Assembly (NCBI GenBank): GCA_951406725.2
Contig: OX597826.1
Span: 16,678,001-16,742,000 of the forward strand
Direction: 5' to 3'
Length of the DNA: 64,000 bases
Source: Octopus vulgaris
Taxonomy: Eukaryota
Position 1 is the first letter of the stretch. The number at the start of each line of letters is the position of its first letter. Of this stretch, positions 45,848-59,262 are shown piece by piece. Made by a program: the position numbers and the translations under genes. Below the pieces are notes generated by a model. It worked only from the letters and a program-made list of their open reading frames with translations. It did no database searches and was not told the DNA's origin.

Positions 45848-46061
45848 TTAATATTATAGCGCTCACACACTAGATGAAAAATTTCCTCCCACAAAGGTTC
45901 AGTGACCTATTCTTAAAAATTTTCATGATTATTTTCACATTCTTTTAAATCACCTTTAGACGTTCAAATATATATATATGTGTGTGTGCGTTTGTGTGTA
46001 TGCGTTTGTGTGTGTGCGTTTGTGTGTGTGCGTTTATGTGTGTGTGTGTGTAAATATATAT

Positions 46062-46109
<48 letters not shown>

Positions 46110-48132
46110 GTGTGTGTGTGTGTGTGCTTGCGTGCTTATATATATATAATGTGAGTGAAGGTCAGAAAATTTTACGTATATACTAGTGTTTGTGAAATTC
46201 TATAATACATAGATGTTCATATACATGTACAGCAACAGTGAATTGTACCACGAGAAGAAATATGGTGAAAGCAATAGAGGTGAATTCACCGTTTAAATCA
46301 ATAATGCTTCACTTAAGGATTTACGTCTGATTTATTTGTTTAGAAGATATCCTTGTGTCTTGTAAGAGCACATATTTTTAATGAGACTTTCGTGACGCAA
46401 CTTACTTTGGATGATAGAATATAGAATCATCTCCAAATATACCCTTCATTCAGAAAAGTAAAAACAAGAATGAGGGGAAAACAAAATAGGCGGATATGTG
46501 GTGGGAAAAGAGGAAAAATAAATCTTTAGGGGTCAAATGGGAATGCGGTTTTATGGAGAGGAGTTAGGAAAAGAAGAGGAGTTAAGGTTTTGTGTGATCA
46601 TGTATCGGAAAGTATCCGTGTATAGAAATAGTCATAGCAGAAGTTGTGTGTTTTGTGTGTATATATGGTTTTGTATGTATATGTGCTTCTATGTAAGGAT
46701 GTGGTTTATTAAAACAAAATATGCTAGACTTAGTTGTAGAAATTACATGTATTTTGGGTATACATATATGTCTTTGGTTAAGCTATACAAGAAGAAGTAT
46801 TAAATTCCAAACATGAGCGTCACCAAATTTTAACTCTTGTTAGATTTATATTCAGAGTCAGAGGAAATTTTAATACATGTCATCGCAGTCCTATCATTAG
46901 CAGAATATTTTAAACGGATAGAGTATAGGAAACAAACCGTATGTCTGTAGTAAGGAGCAGCACTTTAATTTCTGAGTTCATATCTTAGCGGGATACACGC
47001 ATCTTTTTACTTATTTATTGGATCAATACATTAATCTCTTGATCTGTGATAGATTCAAATGAGTATACCCAGCGTTTATAAGTTTCTAGCCTTGTAGCAA
47101 TATTGGAAATCGATAAGTGATTTTACAATTGTAATGCCTGCCCACAACATTATTTCGATTACCATTAGACGTAAATTTATTCACTCAGTCAAATGCATTT
47201 AACGATCAGTTGATCATTTTGTGAAGTACTTTCTGTCATATAATTAACTTGAATATTTCTACATCTTATTCTGTCAAAAACAGAGTAAACAATCATTTTC
47301 TAAAAGACGGGAAAATAGTCTTTACTTCGCGATATAAGATGAATTGCTCTTTACTTACAGGGATATCAGTGCGTGACACAATACTTCAGAATTAAAATTT
47401 AGCTTAATCCGCCTTAAACATATATTTCTAAACCAATTTCATTTAGTCTTTTACGATGCCATTTTAGAGTTCAGTGTACCAATAATGATATAGATTGTTT
47501 CTGTGGCTTTCCCCTGTTCTTTAGGAATGCCGAGGAAAACTAATCGTTTAAGACGATTAGATGTAATTACAAACAACTCTATTGGAATTACTCGAAACGC
47601 TTCCTTCAGGTGAGTCATATTGTAAATAATGATGCCTTGCTTTTGACATACAGATATATTTATATTACAGAGAACAAATACAATAATCAATATTCGGGTG
47701 AATATACGAAAGAACGTTTCAGATATCCGTAGCCTGTGAATATTTCGGTGTATAACCGATTAAATTCTCCCTCACGCAGTGACATTCATGTGTAGGCATA
47801 CACACAAAAGCACGAAACCCATATGATTATGCGTGCATGCGAACGTGTATATATGTATGTAAATGTATGTGTGTGTATGTATGTATGTATATATATATAT
47901 GCATACAAACACACAAAGACAGGTAAACTAAATGATAGAGAGGAATATCATTTACACGTATGTACATGTGTATGTGCATATATACATTGTGAAGTACATA
48001 CATATACGTGTAATATTTCAAATGATATTTCTGTGTGCTTGTTTGTGTGTGAGTGTATGCACGCGTACGTGCGAGCGTGTCTGTGTGTGTATGTATTTAT
48101 GTATATACGCACAATAGATGTGTGTATGTATA

Positions 48133-48166
<34 letters not shown>

Positions 48167-48397
48167 CACGTGCTCTCACCGTTTGATATGCTACTGAAAT
48201 TGCGCGTGTACGTTTGTGTGTATATACACAGACAGGCAGACAGATACATACATAGATATATACATACATGCATACATACATACATTCATACGTACGTACG
48301 CACATACATACATACATTCATACGTACGTACGCACATCTACGTTGTCATGTTGCATATTCATCTTTTTCTAGTTTTCTCTATATGCATGTATGAAAA

Positions 48398-48452
48398 CAA
48401 AATACGTTTCGGAATCAGCTTCGTTGAACTCAGGATCTCTCTTCAGTTGTAT
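48398..48452 (-). ncRNA. Type I hammerhead ribozyme, core intact
   Basis: Minus strand ATACAA-CTGAAGA-GAGATC...GATTCC-GAAA-CG-TA-TTTTG; minimal palindromic stem III (ACGT); stems I and II each carry a mismatch. Confidence 0.7.
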
Positions 48453-49269
48453 CCGTGTTTCATTGTTGTCCGCTTGAGTTTTCCGAAACAAATATTTTTC
48501 ACTAAAACCTTGAAACTCGGTAGCATTAATGCTACTTTAGAAACTAAAGACTAATGTTCTTCCATTAATCTCAATCAAACAAAGAAATATTTACTATTTA
48601 CCAAATATGGAATGATTACCCGATTATTGATCATGATAATATAATTAACACAAATATAAAACATATAAAGTATTTACAGAATCGTCTAATTTGATTAGCA
48701 TTCAGCAAATTTCTCCGTGTTTCTTGAAACAATCCAAATTCATCACAACATACTAATTAACTTATTTTTCCCATTTAGTGTCTCTCGCTTTTAGACGAAT
48801 GAAAAGAGTAACTATGTGTTACACTTACGGCGTATTATGGGGCTTTGAATGGAATTAATTTTAGAAAGAAAACTGATTATGTTGTCTTTTGTTTTCTATC
48901 TATTAAATAGAATCGATTTAAATCAATTTACTGAACTATTATCTCTCAGATACTTCGATAACTTTCGCTTTACTAGATGAAAAAACGCAAGATTTTAAAT
49001 TTAAAATGTTTGTCCTTTTAAAATGCTGAATTTAATATAAAATATATTTGATCTACATACAAAGAACCTTTGAAAGAATTAGAAAGTTATTAACTATTCT
49101 TCCATTTGCATTTTCTTAAAAATCTTTCTCTGCAAAGGCTTAATCAACAATCATTTTTATATTGTTTAACTAAGAAACTTTATTTTTTAAATATATTACG
49201 TAACATTTTACAATCTTAGAATATCACTTTCCAATAGACACACACACACGCGCACATATACGCACGCAC

Positions 49270-49900
49270 AGTGGATTAACCCGCACATTTTTTTGCTGGT
49301 CGTGTGCAGCAGGCAAACCATAATAAACAGTTGAATACTCGCATAGAATCAATTCCTTATCCTTCGCACACAGCATATCGTTAATAGCGCTCGCCTTGTA
49401 TTTTCAATGGTAAATCTAATTCTGAGAGCAGAAATGTAGAATTGTCACAAATAAACTTTCTGAGCTGGGCAACAGGCACAGTCATTGCAACCCCATTTAT
49501 GCACATCTGTTAATATAGGCAATTCTCAGGGAGATTGCTTTCTAAATATACATGTTTAAACTTGCGCATATCACATTGTCTACTATTAGTATATCCTCAA
49601 AACTTGTGTCTTTGTTGTGTGATGAAGCAATGATCTCAAATAGAATACTTCTCCTTGAGACGGAAGAAATATAATTTAATCTGTAAAGCGTTCCCGCTGT
49701 TCCTTCTAATTGTTTTGTATTCCGTCCGTAAGTTTTATTCTATAAATAACACACTAATACTGTTGTAAATTGCAAATTATGCTACTTTTCGCTTCTGGAT
49801 CTTATGCGTTTTTATCGTAGTTCTCTGCGACTTTGCATGATTTATCTTGTTACAAGGTACTTTTTACTCTCTTTCAATAATATTTATTGTTGATTAGAGG
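49270..49900 (-). mobile_element. Possible decayed hAT transposon 3' end
   Basis: Begins CAGTGG; minus-strand VAMTVPVAQLRKF resembles the hAT dimerisation motif TxPVxxAxxERSF. Confidence 0.25.
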
Positions 49901-50399
49901 AATAAATCTGATGACACTTTTCGAAATGATGCCTTGCTGAATGAGAAATTTAAGAAGTCTCCTGTATGATTCTGTTATTCCAAGATACACGCATTAAAAA
50001 AAAAATTAATGATCTCTTTCTTGAGCTGCATCTACGATATCAGGACGAACTCGTCTTCGTTCTGTTTCTACACGATCAGTAAATGTATTTGAGAGTGAAA
50101 TATATCGAGCCATGTTTTCTTTTTGTGTGCATAAAAAAAAAATTAGATTAAATAGACACAAATCTTGTTTACCCTTGCATTGCATATGTGAATTCCATGA
50201 ATAATTTGAAGAAATTCAATATTATGTTTTTCATTACATTTCAGAAGTGGTGAATTGGCAGTGTCCTTATTCCTTCCGACTCACTAGTATCTGAGTTCAA
50301 ATTCATACGAATTCAAGTTTATTCTTTCAGGATCGATAAACAAAAACTATCAGTTTGGTTTGGTGCATTTAGAGAACAGAAATAACGTCAGCCTTACAG

Positions 50400-51835
50400 T
50401 ATTTTCTAACATTTTTCTTGATCAGTTCAAATTTCTCAGTTTCGCAGCCCTCTCGGATGCTGGATTTATTCTGTCGTCCATTTTAAAGACATGACATTAC
50501 CATTTGCCACCATAAATGTCTGGAGTATACATGTAAAATGGCTTGTATTGCTGAATTGGGTGGTGGCAGGTTGGTCAGGCATTCGTAGCAGGATGTTTCT
50601 GAAATGCTCCCAAAAGCAATCAACAAGGCTTCTGTATTCTTCCTCAGTGTATAGGGCACTATAAAGTTTGCATTCGTGCAATATATATAATGCTGGACGA
50701 TGTGCAACAGGTCTCTATGATATGATCTTCTGTTTAGATCTAGTGATTGTGATATTATTAATGTGGGGAAGGGGTTGCGTTGTCTACTATCACATTAAAA
50801 AGTGCCTGGTTATAAGGGACACGGCACAGTGGATCTTCTTAAAACGCATGTGCATATTAGTATGTTTTGTTTTATGTATATATTTCTTTGCATATCATAG
50901 CATTCTAGACATGTGTATATATGCTTACATGCTAAACTTCTGGAAAGTTTTGCGAATGTTGACAGTTCCATTCATGGCTTGCGTATGTAATCTTCTAATT
51001 ACATTTCTCATTTCTGTTTTTGAGTATAGGTAATTTGTCAAGTGTGTTACCCAATGTAGTTTGTTACAGTGTCCTATTAATTACAGACATAACGCTGAAC
51101 CTCTAATCCGACTAGAGTAGCTGTAAATTTCTCAGTCGTTCAGCGTAGGTGTTTTCTTTTCCACTGATCTTTTGTGCTGGCATCTGCTAGGCAATTGATT
51201 TCCACAATGTACATATTCTATCTTCTCTATCACAAATCGCAATCTTTTCTATTATGCGTACACTTTATCACTGGAATATTGCACCAGTGTTCTTTCATTA
51301 TAAGTGCCTATGGTCTCTACTATATTGCGAGTTCTTGGGTCCCAGGGTTATCCTTTCGGCGGTTCTCATTATACAGTGTCTTGGTTACAACGTCATGTCA
51401 CATCGGTGGATAATACCACGATGACATTTTTGGACAACTGCTTATGAGGCGGTTGATATCTTCGGCGGTAAACAGCGATAAAACAGCAATGAAACAGCAA
51501 ACAGTGTTTTATATGTAAGCCCAGTATTTATTCTATCGGTCTCTTTTGCCGAACCGCTAAGTAACAGGGACATAAACACACCAACATCAGTTGTCAAGCA
51601 ATGCTAGGGGGACAAACACACACACGCATATATATATATATATATATCTATATATATATATATATATACCTATATACGACGGGATTCTTTCAGTTTCCGT
51701 CTACCAAATCCACTCACAAGACTTTGGTCGGCCCGAGGCTATAGTAGAAGACACTTGCCCAAGGTGCCACGCAGTGGGACTGAACCTGGAATCATGTGGT
51801 TGGTAAACAAGCTACTTACCACACAGCTACTCCAT

Positions 51836-51916
<81 letters not shown>

Positions 51917-52336
51917 GTGTTTATATATACATATATCCACCATAGGTTATTTGCCAACATAATGTGGATGTTCTGGAATGGACAGCACTTCCGTCCAGTA
52001 CAAAACAACATATTTTCGAACAGCTAGTTCAGCAATGACATCTAACCAAGCAGTTACTCTGATAACAAGCATTAACCCAGAAACAGGTCCATTGAGTTTT
52101 GAAAATATAAGGACACATATATTGTATCGTATAGCCAGCAAGAAACGATGTTTTCTGGAGCTAAACAACAGTAACAATCCTTCCTTCAAGGACAGACACA
52201 TTATGTTGGCAAATAGCCTTTACTTCCAAGAACTGTTACTGCATATCTCACTTTGAGAGATTTAGAAATAATATATACCTACACATACACACACACACAC
52301 GTAGCACACACACGCATAAACACACACACATATGTA

Positions 52337-52410
<74 letters not shown>

Positions 52411-52413
52411 TGC

Positions 52414-52506
<93 letters not shown>

Positions 52507-52930
52507 AATATCTGATATTCTGCTTCAATCTCGCGGTTGAAATTATTAAATAACGCATGAGATACTATATTAGTAAAACATCAGAGGAGCATTGATCTGT
52601 TAATCAATGTTTTCAGTTTGTGTATATATGGTATTGAGGAAAACTCCTCACATCACTTCACATGGAAATGATTTACTTATTCTTGTTGCAACAATTGAAT
52701 TATTATTACATGCTTGTAATCACGTTCAATAAACAGTGATTACATAGATATATATCTGCTGGGATTCTAATTTCCACAACTGTACACAGTTTCTCTTCTG
52801 TTTCTCAAATCATTATATCAGGTCTATTGTGCTTGCTACATCATGCCTTAACGGTAGATAATACAGTGATAACATTTTCGGACAACTAATTATGACATGA
52901 GAGATATCGTCGGTGTAAACTCCACAAGGT
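50400..52930 (-). mobile_element. Decayed LINE RT remnant(s) interrupted by a SINE and microsatellites
   Basis: GATAATAC...ACATTTT(T/C)GGACAACT...GATATC...GTAAAC occurs at 51409 and 52857; minus-strand FTAEDINRLI resembles an RT N-terminal region. Confidence 0.3.
51515..51833 (-). mobile_element. SINE family A copy lacking the 3' tail
   Basis: Matches 28480-28777. Confidence 0.88.
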
Positions 52931-53084
52931 CTTCTCGGTTGTCACATTTTACTGCTCTTTTCTGCATTTTCATCCCTTTTGTGCATCAGTTATTTGGTTG
53001 ATACTTCCTGTTCCTGGATTGCAAACGTATACCTTTCAAAGTGGGAGGTAGTAATCCGGCTACTGGTCCTGCCTATCAGTGAAA

Positions 53085-53380
53085 AACAGAATACCTACGC
53101 TAAACTATTGAGAAATCTGCAGCTTCTCTGATTACAATTTTAGGTTTACACTTCTAATTATTGGCGCCATGGGATATGTAACGCACTGCCTAAATACTAA
53201 TATTGAGAAATTAGGCTTCTCAAAAACCGAAAGGTGACAGCTAATTCGAAGACTACAGATCCAATTCATCACTGGAACTGTATATGTCTGTTAAAATTTC
53301 CAGAAGTTTATCATTTAAATATAAATGAACATTTCTAGATATGCAACTATATACATGAGAATACATACATAAAACAAAAC
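53085..53380 (+). mobile_element. 3' end of a second RLE-type LINE family, copy 1
   Basis: KLLRNLQLL...FTLLIIGAMGYVTHCLNTNIEKLGFS...RRLQIQFITGT; homologous to 58985-59250. Confidence 0.7.
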
Positions 53381-53564
53381 ATCCCAATATTGCTTCACAA
53401 ACGTTTTAGCAAAAACACGTCGTCCACTGATTAATTTACAGGAATAAATGAGAATTATTGAAAGTACATCAAATCAGAATAAATAAAATGATTAAGAACA
53501 ATAGCAAGGATAACAGGCTTGCACTTTTCTCGTCTGTTGTTTTCTAATTTTAGTTTAACCACCC

Positions 53565-54087
53565 ATGAACAGTTTATGTTCTTCATTCAGAGGTGGAGCG
53601 TGTTTGTTTTGTACTTACACAAAATTTTCCTTTTTGCTTCGGTAGAATAGATACATAAAATTTTATATTATTTTAAAAACTAACCATAATTAATGTTGGT
53701 AAACATTTATTTTTAACTAATCGCCTATTGCTGAAGCCAATCAGCCGTTGGGAAACAAACGTTAGACCTTTAGATCTTCTTGCAACCAGCTTCAAAACGA
53801 GCATTAATAATTGTGTTATTTAAGACATAAAACTATTTGCTTCAACGCTAAGTCATAATAGATTTAAGCAATTAGCCAGAAGAGATAAAGTATAGGATTT
53901 CATTATTGTTTAAGGGATTGTTTATTTGCTTTCAGTACACTAGTTCATGTGGTGAATATACAATACGATTTATATTAAATATTTTAGTAGTTGACTTTTC
54001 GAAACCGATGGAAGAATGTTCCGATTCGCCTGTCGGTGCCCTAGGGTATTATGATTCGTTTAGAAATACTAGTTCCCAGTTTAAAAG
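53565..54087. repeat. Left arm of ~520-bp inverted repeat (right arm 57981-58519)
   Basis: GAGCATTAATAATTGTGTTATTTAAGACATAAAACTATTTGCTTCAACGCTAAGTC is the reverse complement of GACTTAGCGTTGAAGC...ATTAATGCTC at 58215-58270. Confidence 0.92.
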
Positions 54088-54101
54088 CAATATATATATA
54101 A

Positions 54102-54178
<77 letters not shown>

Positions 54179-54243
54179 AAAAATTATCTTGTATAGTGGC
54201 ATTTTCAAACTTCTTTTGATGTTTGGAAATCTCTGATGTTTTT

Positions 54244-54327
54244 TCGGCTGACGAGTACGAGCAATCTATATTTACTGCAACATTTGTAGCTTATTAAATA
54301 TGTCCTCGTACGAAACAATTGTACCGA
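54244..54327 (+). ncRNA. Type I hammerhead ribozyme, complete consensus core, long stem II
   Basis: TCGG-CTGACGA(54248)-GTACGAG-43 nt-CTCGTAC-GAAA-CAATTG-TA-CCGA; stem I TCGG/CCGA, 7-bp stem II base, palindromic stem III ACAATTGT, predicted cleavage after A54323. Confidence 0.85.
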
Positions 54328-54477
54328 TATTTTAATCCATTCTTGTTGCTTTTTTCCTATTTGTAATCACCCCACTTGTCGTATGGTTAACACCATATAG
54401 ATTTCCGGTGCATCCTAGTTAAGGACCATATTCATGTGAATTAGTTAGAATTCACTTGAATCTCAATTACTTAAACC

Positions 54478-54553
<76 letters not shown>

Positions 54554-54751
54554 ATATATATATGCCTGCATTTATACATATAGATATATACGTATGTATA
54601 TATATATGCTGCTACTGCCATTTCAGCTACTGACCATTCGAACACATAAGACAGCTATTATACTTACTCCCCACAAAAAGACAACCACGTGGATTCTGTT
54701 GAGACCAGTAAGAAACAATTATGAACTTTTTTATAAGACTTAACTTTTTAA

Positions 54752-54804
54752 AATATTTTTGATAAGGTTCGTTTTTTCAAGAAGAATCGAAATATGTAAA
54801 ATTT
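54752..54804 (+). ncRNA. Degenerate hammerhead motif
   Basis: ATTT-TTGATAA-GGTTC...GAATC-GAAA-TATG-TA-AAAT; two substitutions in CTGATGA; downstream AAATTATCTT(A/G)TATAGTGGCATTTTCAAACTTC is repeated at 54181. Confidence 0.5.
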
Positions 54805-54889
54805 CTAAGAAAATTAAAAATTATCTTATATAGTGGCATTTTCAAACTTCTTTTTTATCAATATATATGTATGTATGTATGCATATGTG

Positions 54890-55014
<125 letters not shown>

Positions 55015-55029
55015 TGCATTCATTTGTAT

Positions 55030-55259
55030 GATTTTGTGTCTGTTTCTCCGCCCACCAACACCGTTGCTTGACAACCGATGTTGGTGTGTTTACGTGTCCG
55101 TATGGTAGCGTTTGGGCAAAAGAGACTGACAAAATAATAACTAGGCTTACACAGAATAAGTCCTGGGTTCGATTTATCGGCTAAAACACTTTAAGGCGGT
55201 ACTCCATCTTAGCCGCTTTCAAATGACGGAAAAACAAGTAACGGAATAAAAGAATGAAA

Positions 55260-55262
<3 letters not shown>
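55030..55262 (+). mobile_element. SINE family A 3' half
   Basis: GCTTGACAACCGATGTTGGTGTGTTTACG...GGCAAAAGAGAC...AGAATAAGTCCTGGG...AAGGCGGTACTCCA. Confidence 0.8.
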
Positions 55263-55300
<38 letters not shown>

Positions 55301-55374
55301 TATATAGGGTGAGTTTACGAGAAAAAAAACAAAAGACGAAGACAGGTGGTATATATACATACATGCATGAATAA

Positions 55375-55465
<91 letters not shown>

Positions 55466-55917
55466 AGATTCACTGGAAGATCATGGCCAAGTGTAAGCCT
55501 TACACTAACGGCAGTGGCAAATGCCGTCTTTGCGATATGGAATGATGGCTCATCTGGAAAACACCATAAGATTCGCTACATGTCTAAATTCTTAAACTGA
55601 ACTTTTTGGGACATGTGCACTTACAAGACCTTCATATGTCTTAAAATATCTTATGCATTTCTTATATATATTTTATTGCTTTATATATATTTCTGTATAT
55701 TATTTTTTACCCTTTTAAATGTGCAACTTATACGTGTGTAGTATATACTTAATATATATATGCGTGCATATATACATGTGCACGAATGATGGTATATATA
55801 CGAGTGCAAGACTCTACATGTTCTACTTGTCTCCTCCCTTCGTGCATATATGTATATACGTTTATATATCTGCAAGTGTTGATGTATTTGACAGACAGGC
55901 AGGTGTATTTATGTACA

Positions 55918-55956
<39 letters not shown>

Positions 55957-56395
55957 CTCATTTGTATATTCAAGTTTTGCGGCGAATGAGAATGTTTTAC
56001 GGTTTATGTTTTTTGTGTGTTTTTATTTGTATATACGTCTATCTGCGTATGTATATGCATGTGCGTATAAACCACGTTTTGTATATCCGCGAATATATGT
56101 GCGTGTAGAGATGTGTATATGAGCGTTGTGATGCGTGCAAGGGTATATATTCGTGTGTATATGCATGTATGCGTAAACATATATATGTATATATGTGTGT
56201 TTTTAAGTATATGTACATGCGTGTATGAGTATGTATATATATATATATATATATATACATACATGTGTGTGTCTGCGTACGTGTATGTGTGTGTGAATAT
56301 GTGTGCATATGCAGATTTTATGAATGAAGCATTACTTTTCCATGCCCATTGGAGTAATTTCCCTTTATTCAACAGTTTTTTCATAGCGTTTGTCT

Positions 56396-56460
56396 TAATA
56401 ACTGATGAGATGCCGGACCAGACTTCAGCCCCGGCATCCGAAATTCTGAGTTTTATTATG
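56396..56460 (+). ncRNA. Hammerhead ribozyme motif with GC-rich 8-bp stem II
   Basis: TAATA-CTGATGA(56402)-GATGCCGG-14 nt-CCGGCATC-C-GAAA-TTCTGAG-TTT-TATTA; one extra C before GAAA; stem I TAATA/TATTA. Confidence 0.65.
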
Positions 56461-56554
56461 ACAACCAACTGATTGTCACATATTATATTTATAGATAAAT
56501 TCCTCTATTTTACATATCGAGATCGCATTCATTCTTTTGTTGTCATATTATTAC

Positions 56555-56612
<58 letters not shown>

Positions 56613-56613
56613 A

Positions 56614-56672
<59 letters not shown>

Positions 56673-56687
56673 ATTATTATTATTATT

Positions 56688-57411
56688 TTCCTTCTTTCTT
56701 CAAATTTTCTTCCGTTTCTCGCCAAGTGTTTTCCATACATCTAGGGCAAAGAAGATCATTGTATGAATTCCCAGATTACACACGCAAATTCACAGGTAAA
56801 GTATGTATTTAAATAAATAAATAAATAAATAAATTCATGAATGGATGTTGTTTTCACAGCGATAATGCTCTTCTCAGTACATGAGTCGTTCCAGTTAACA
56901 CGACTTTTGCACTTCCTGTAGGGGCGGTAAGCCTGGTATCATTTTCAAATAGGTTTCAGTACCTTTTTTTTTATCATTCCTAGAGATCCTATAATCACTG
57001 GTACTGTAGTCGCCTTGAGATGCCACATTTTTTTCAATTCCTATTAGCAAGTCTTTATATTTACTAATCTTGTCAAATTCTTTCGCTGCTATATTGTGAT
57101 CGCAAGGAATACTCATGTCAATTAATAAACACACCTTTTCTGTCTGATCTTTTATGATAATATCCGGTTTATTAGCTCTTATAGTTTTGTCGGTATGTCA
57201 TTCTAGAATCGACACATTTCTCCCTCAGTCACAGCTTCAGGATGGTGTTTATACCATTTGTCAGCAGTTTTGATTTTATAATGCTGACATTATACTGTCC
57301 GACTCATGTCTTGCTTTATATTCTGCAGGTGCTAAGACTCTACACACTGAGATTAGGTGGTCTATAGTTTCAATCTCATCGTTACAGAATCGGCATTTTG
57401 GGTCAGCTCCA

Positions 57412-57416
<5 letters not shown>
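56688..57416 (-). mobile_element. R4/Dong-like 3' fragment (RLE domain) between two (TTA)n runs
   Basis: Minus strand RANKPDIIIKDQTEKVCLLIDMSIPCDHNIAAKEFDKISKYKDL; flanked by TTA arrays 56549-56687 and 57417-57503. Confidence 0.85.
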
Positions 57417-57504
<88 letters not shown>

Positions 57505-57589
57505 CATGTACATGCGCACATATATGTGTGTGTATGTGTGTCTGTGTTTGCGTGTGCGTGTATGTGTGCGTGCGTATGTATGTATATAG

Positions 57590-57700
57590 GCTGAGGCGCG
57601 TGCCATAATGGCTATGTGTTGCAATCCTGATCTTAAGATTCTATCTTCGAATCCTGAAGTGCGCGTTGTGCAGTGTTTTTGAGCAAAAACTTCATTTTCA
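57590..57700 (+). mobile_element. Diverged SINE family C head
   Basis: GGCGCGTGCCATAATGG...TTCGAATCC...GTGTTTTTGAGCAAAAACTT. Confidence 0.5.
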
Positions 57701-57980
57701 TAATAGTGTATAAATACGTATGAATAAAATGTGAGAGTTGTATGTTTTATCACGACGTGCTAGAATTAGCCTCTAAACAATTCTTTGCTCAGACCTCTTC
57801 ACTTGATAAAATATATTGCATCATCTGATGCACTTGCTTGTTCTTAAAGAATTCTATGCAGTTTTCGTCTGCAAACTTCCTCTTCAAATGTTAATTATGT
57901 GTTTAAATTTACATCTATTGTCTTTTCTGTCGATTAGATGTGACATTGTCTCAATTTTCCTCTATACTTTGTGTTACATT

Positions 57981-58519
57981 CTTTTAAACTGAGATCTAGT
58001 ATTTCTAAGCGAATCATAATTCCCTAGGGCACGGACAGTCGAATAGGAACTTCTTTACTATTAGTTTCGAAAAATCAACAACTAAAATATTTAATATAAA
58101 TCTTATTGTATATTTACCACATGAACTAGTGTACTGAAAGCAAATAAACAATCCTTTAAACAATAATGAAATCCTATACATTATCTCTTCTGGCTAATTG
58201 CTTAAATCTATTATGACTTAGCGTTGAAGCAAATAGTTTTATGTCTTAAATAACACAATTATTAATGCTCGTTTTGAGGCTGGTTGCATTTATATAAGAA
58301 GATCTAAAGGTCTAACGTTTGTTTCGCAACGGCTGATTGGAAATAATGGCAATAAACAATTAGTTAAAAGTAAATGTTTATCAACATTAATCATGGTTAG
58401 TTTTTAAAATAATATATTATAAGTTTATGTATCTATTCTACCGAAGCAAAAAGGGAAATTTTGCCAAAGTACAAACTAAAACACGATACAATGCTGAACA
58501 AAAAACGTAAACTGTTCAT
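57981..58519. repeat. Right arm of ~520-bp inverted repeat
   Basis: Reverse complement of 53565-54087. Confidence 0.92.
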
Positions 58520-58549
58520 TATATACATTATTTACATTATTTACATGTT

Positions 58550-58740
58550 AGCAGGCCAGCAAAATGCTTAGCGATGTCTTGTTCGTCTTTACGTTCTGCA
58601 TTCAAATTCAGTAGAGATCGACTTTACCTTTCTTCATTGGGGGGGGGGCGATAAAATAAATTACGGTTAAACACTAGGGAAGATGTACTCGACTAGCCCA
58701 AACAACCCAAACTTATGGCGTTGTGAAAACTTTGAAACCT
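58550..58740 (+). mobile_element. SINE family B, diverged
   Basis: AAAATGCTTAGCG...TACGTTCTGCATTCAAATTC...GACTTTACCTTTC. Confidence 0.65.
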
Positions 58741-58889
58741 ATATTATTAATATGTATATTATTCCTCAGTTGTAACAACGTATATGATATATATATTATT
58801 ATATAGCTCTGTGGTTAGAAGCTCGCTCTGTAATCACGTGATTTCTGCTTCAGTTGTTCCACTGCACGGTACTATGGGCAAGAGTTCTT

Positions 58890-59262
58890 TTCTAGGATTG
58901 AGAACACAAACTGTGCACAGTTGGGGAAATTAGCTGCCCAACGGATGTTAATATAAAGCTGAAGATCAGTAAAAAAGAGCATACCTGCTCTGAACTATTG
59001 AAAGATCGGCAGTTTCTCTCTCCAGATTACAAGCTCAGGTTTATACCTGTAATTATTGGGGCACTGGTATATGTAACACTGCCTAAATACAAATCTTGAG
59101 AAATTAGGCTTCTCAAAACCGAAGACTACAGATTCAATCTTTCATTGGAACTGTAAAAAATCTGTAAAACTTTCCAGAAGTTTATCATTTAAATATATAT
59201 GAGCAAGTCTATATATGCAAGATATGCATGAGTATACATACTTAAAACATACAAATTTGCAC
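58890..59262 (+). mobile_element. 3' end of the second RLE-type LINE family, copy 2, running into (TACA)n
   Basis: KLCTVGEISCPTDVNIKLKI...ELL...PDYKLRFIPVIIGAL; preceded by a SINE A head (58800-58890); tail (TACA)n 59263-59390. Confidence 0.75.

Noticed and set aside
47535-47615. Minus-strand CTGAAGG...TAAACGATT hammerhead-like pattern
   Set aside because: Both core boxes altered
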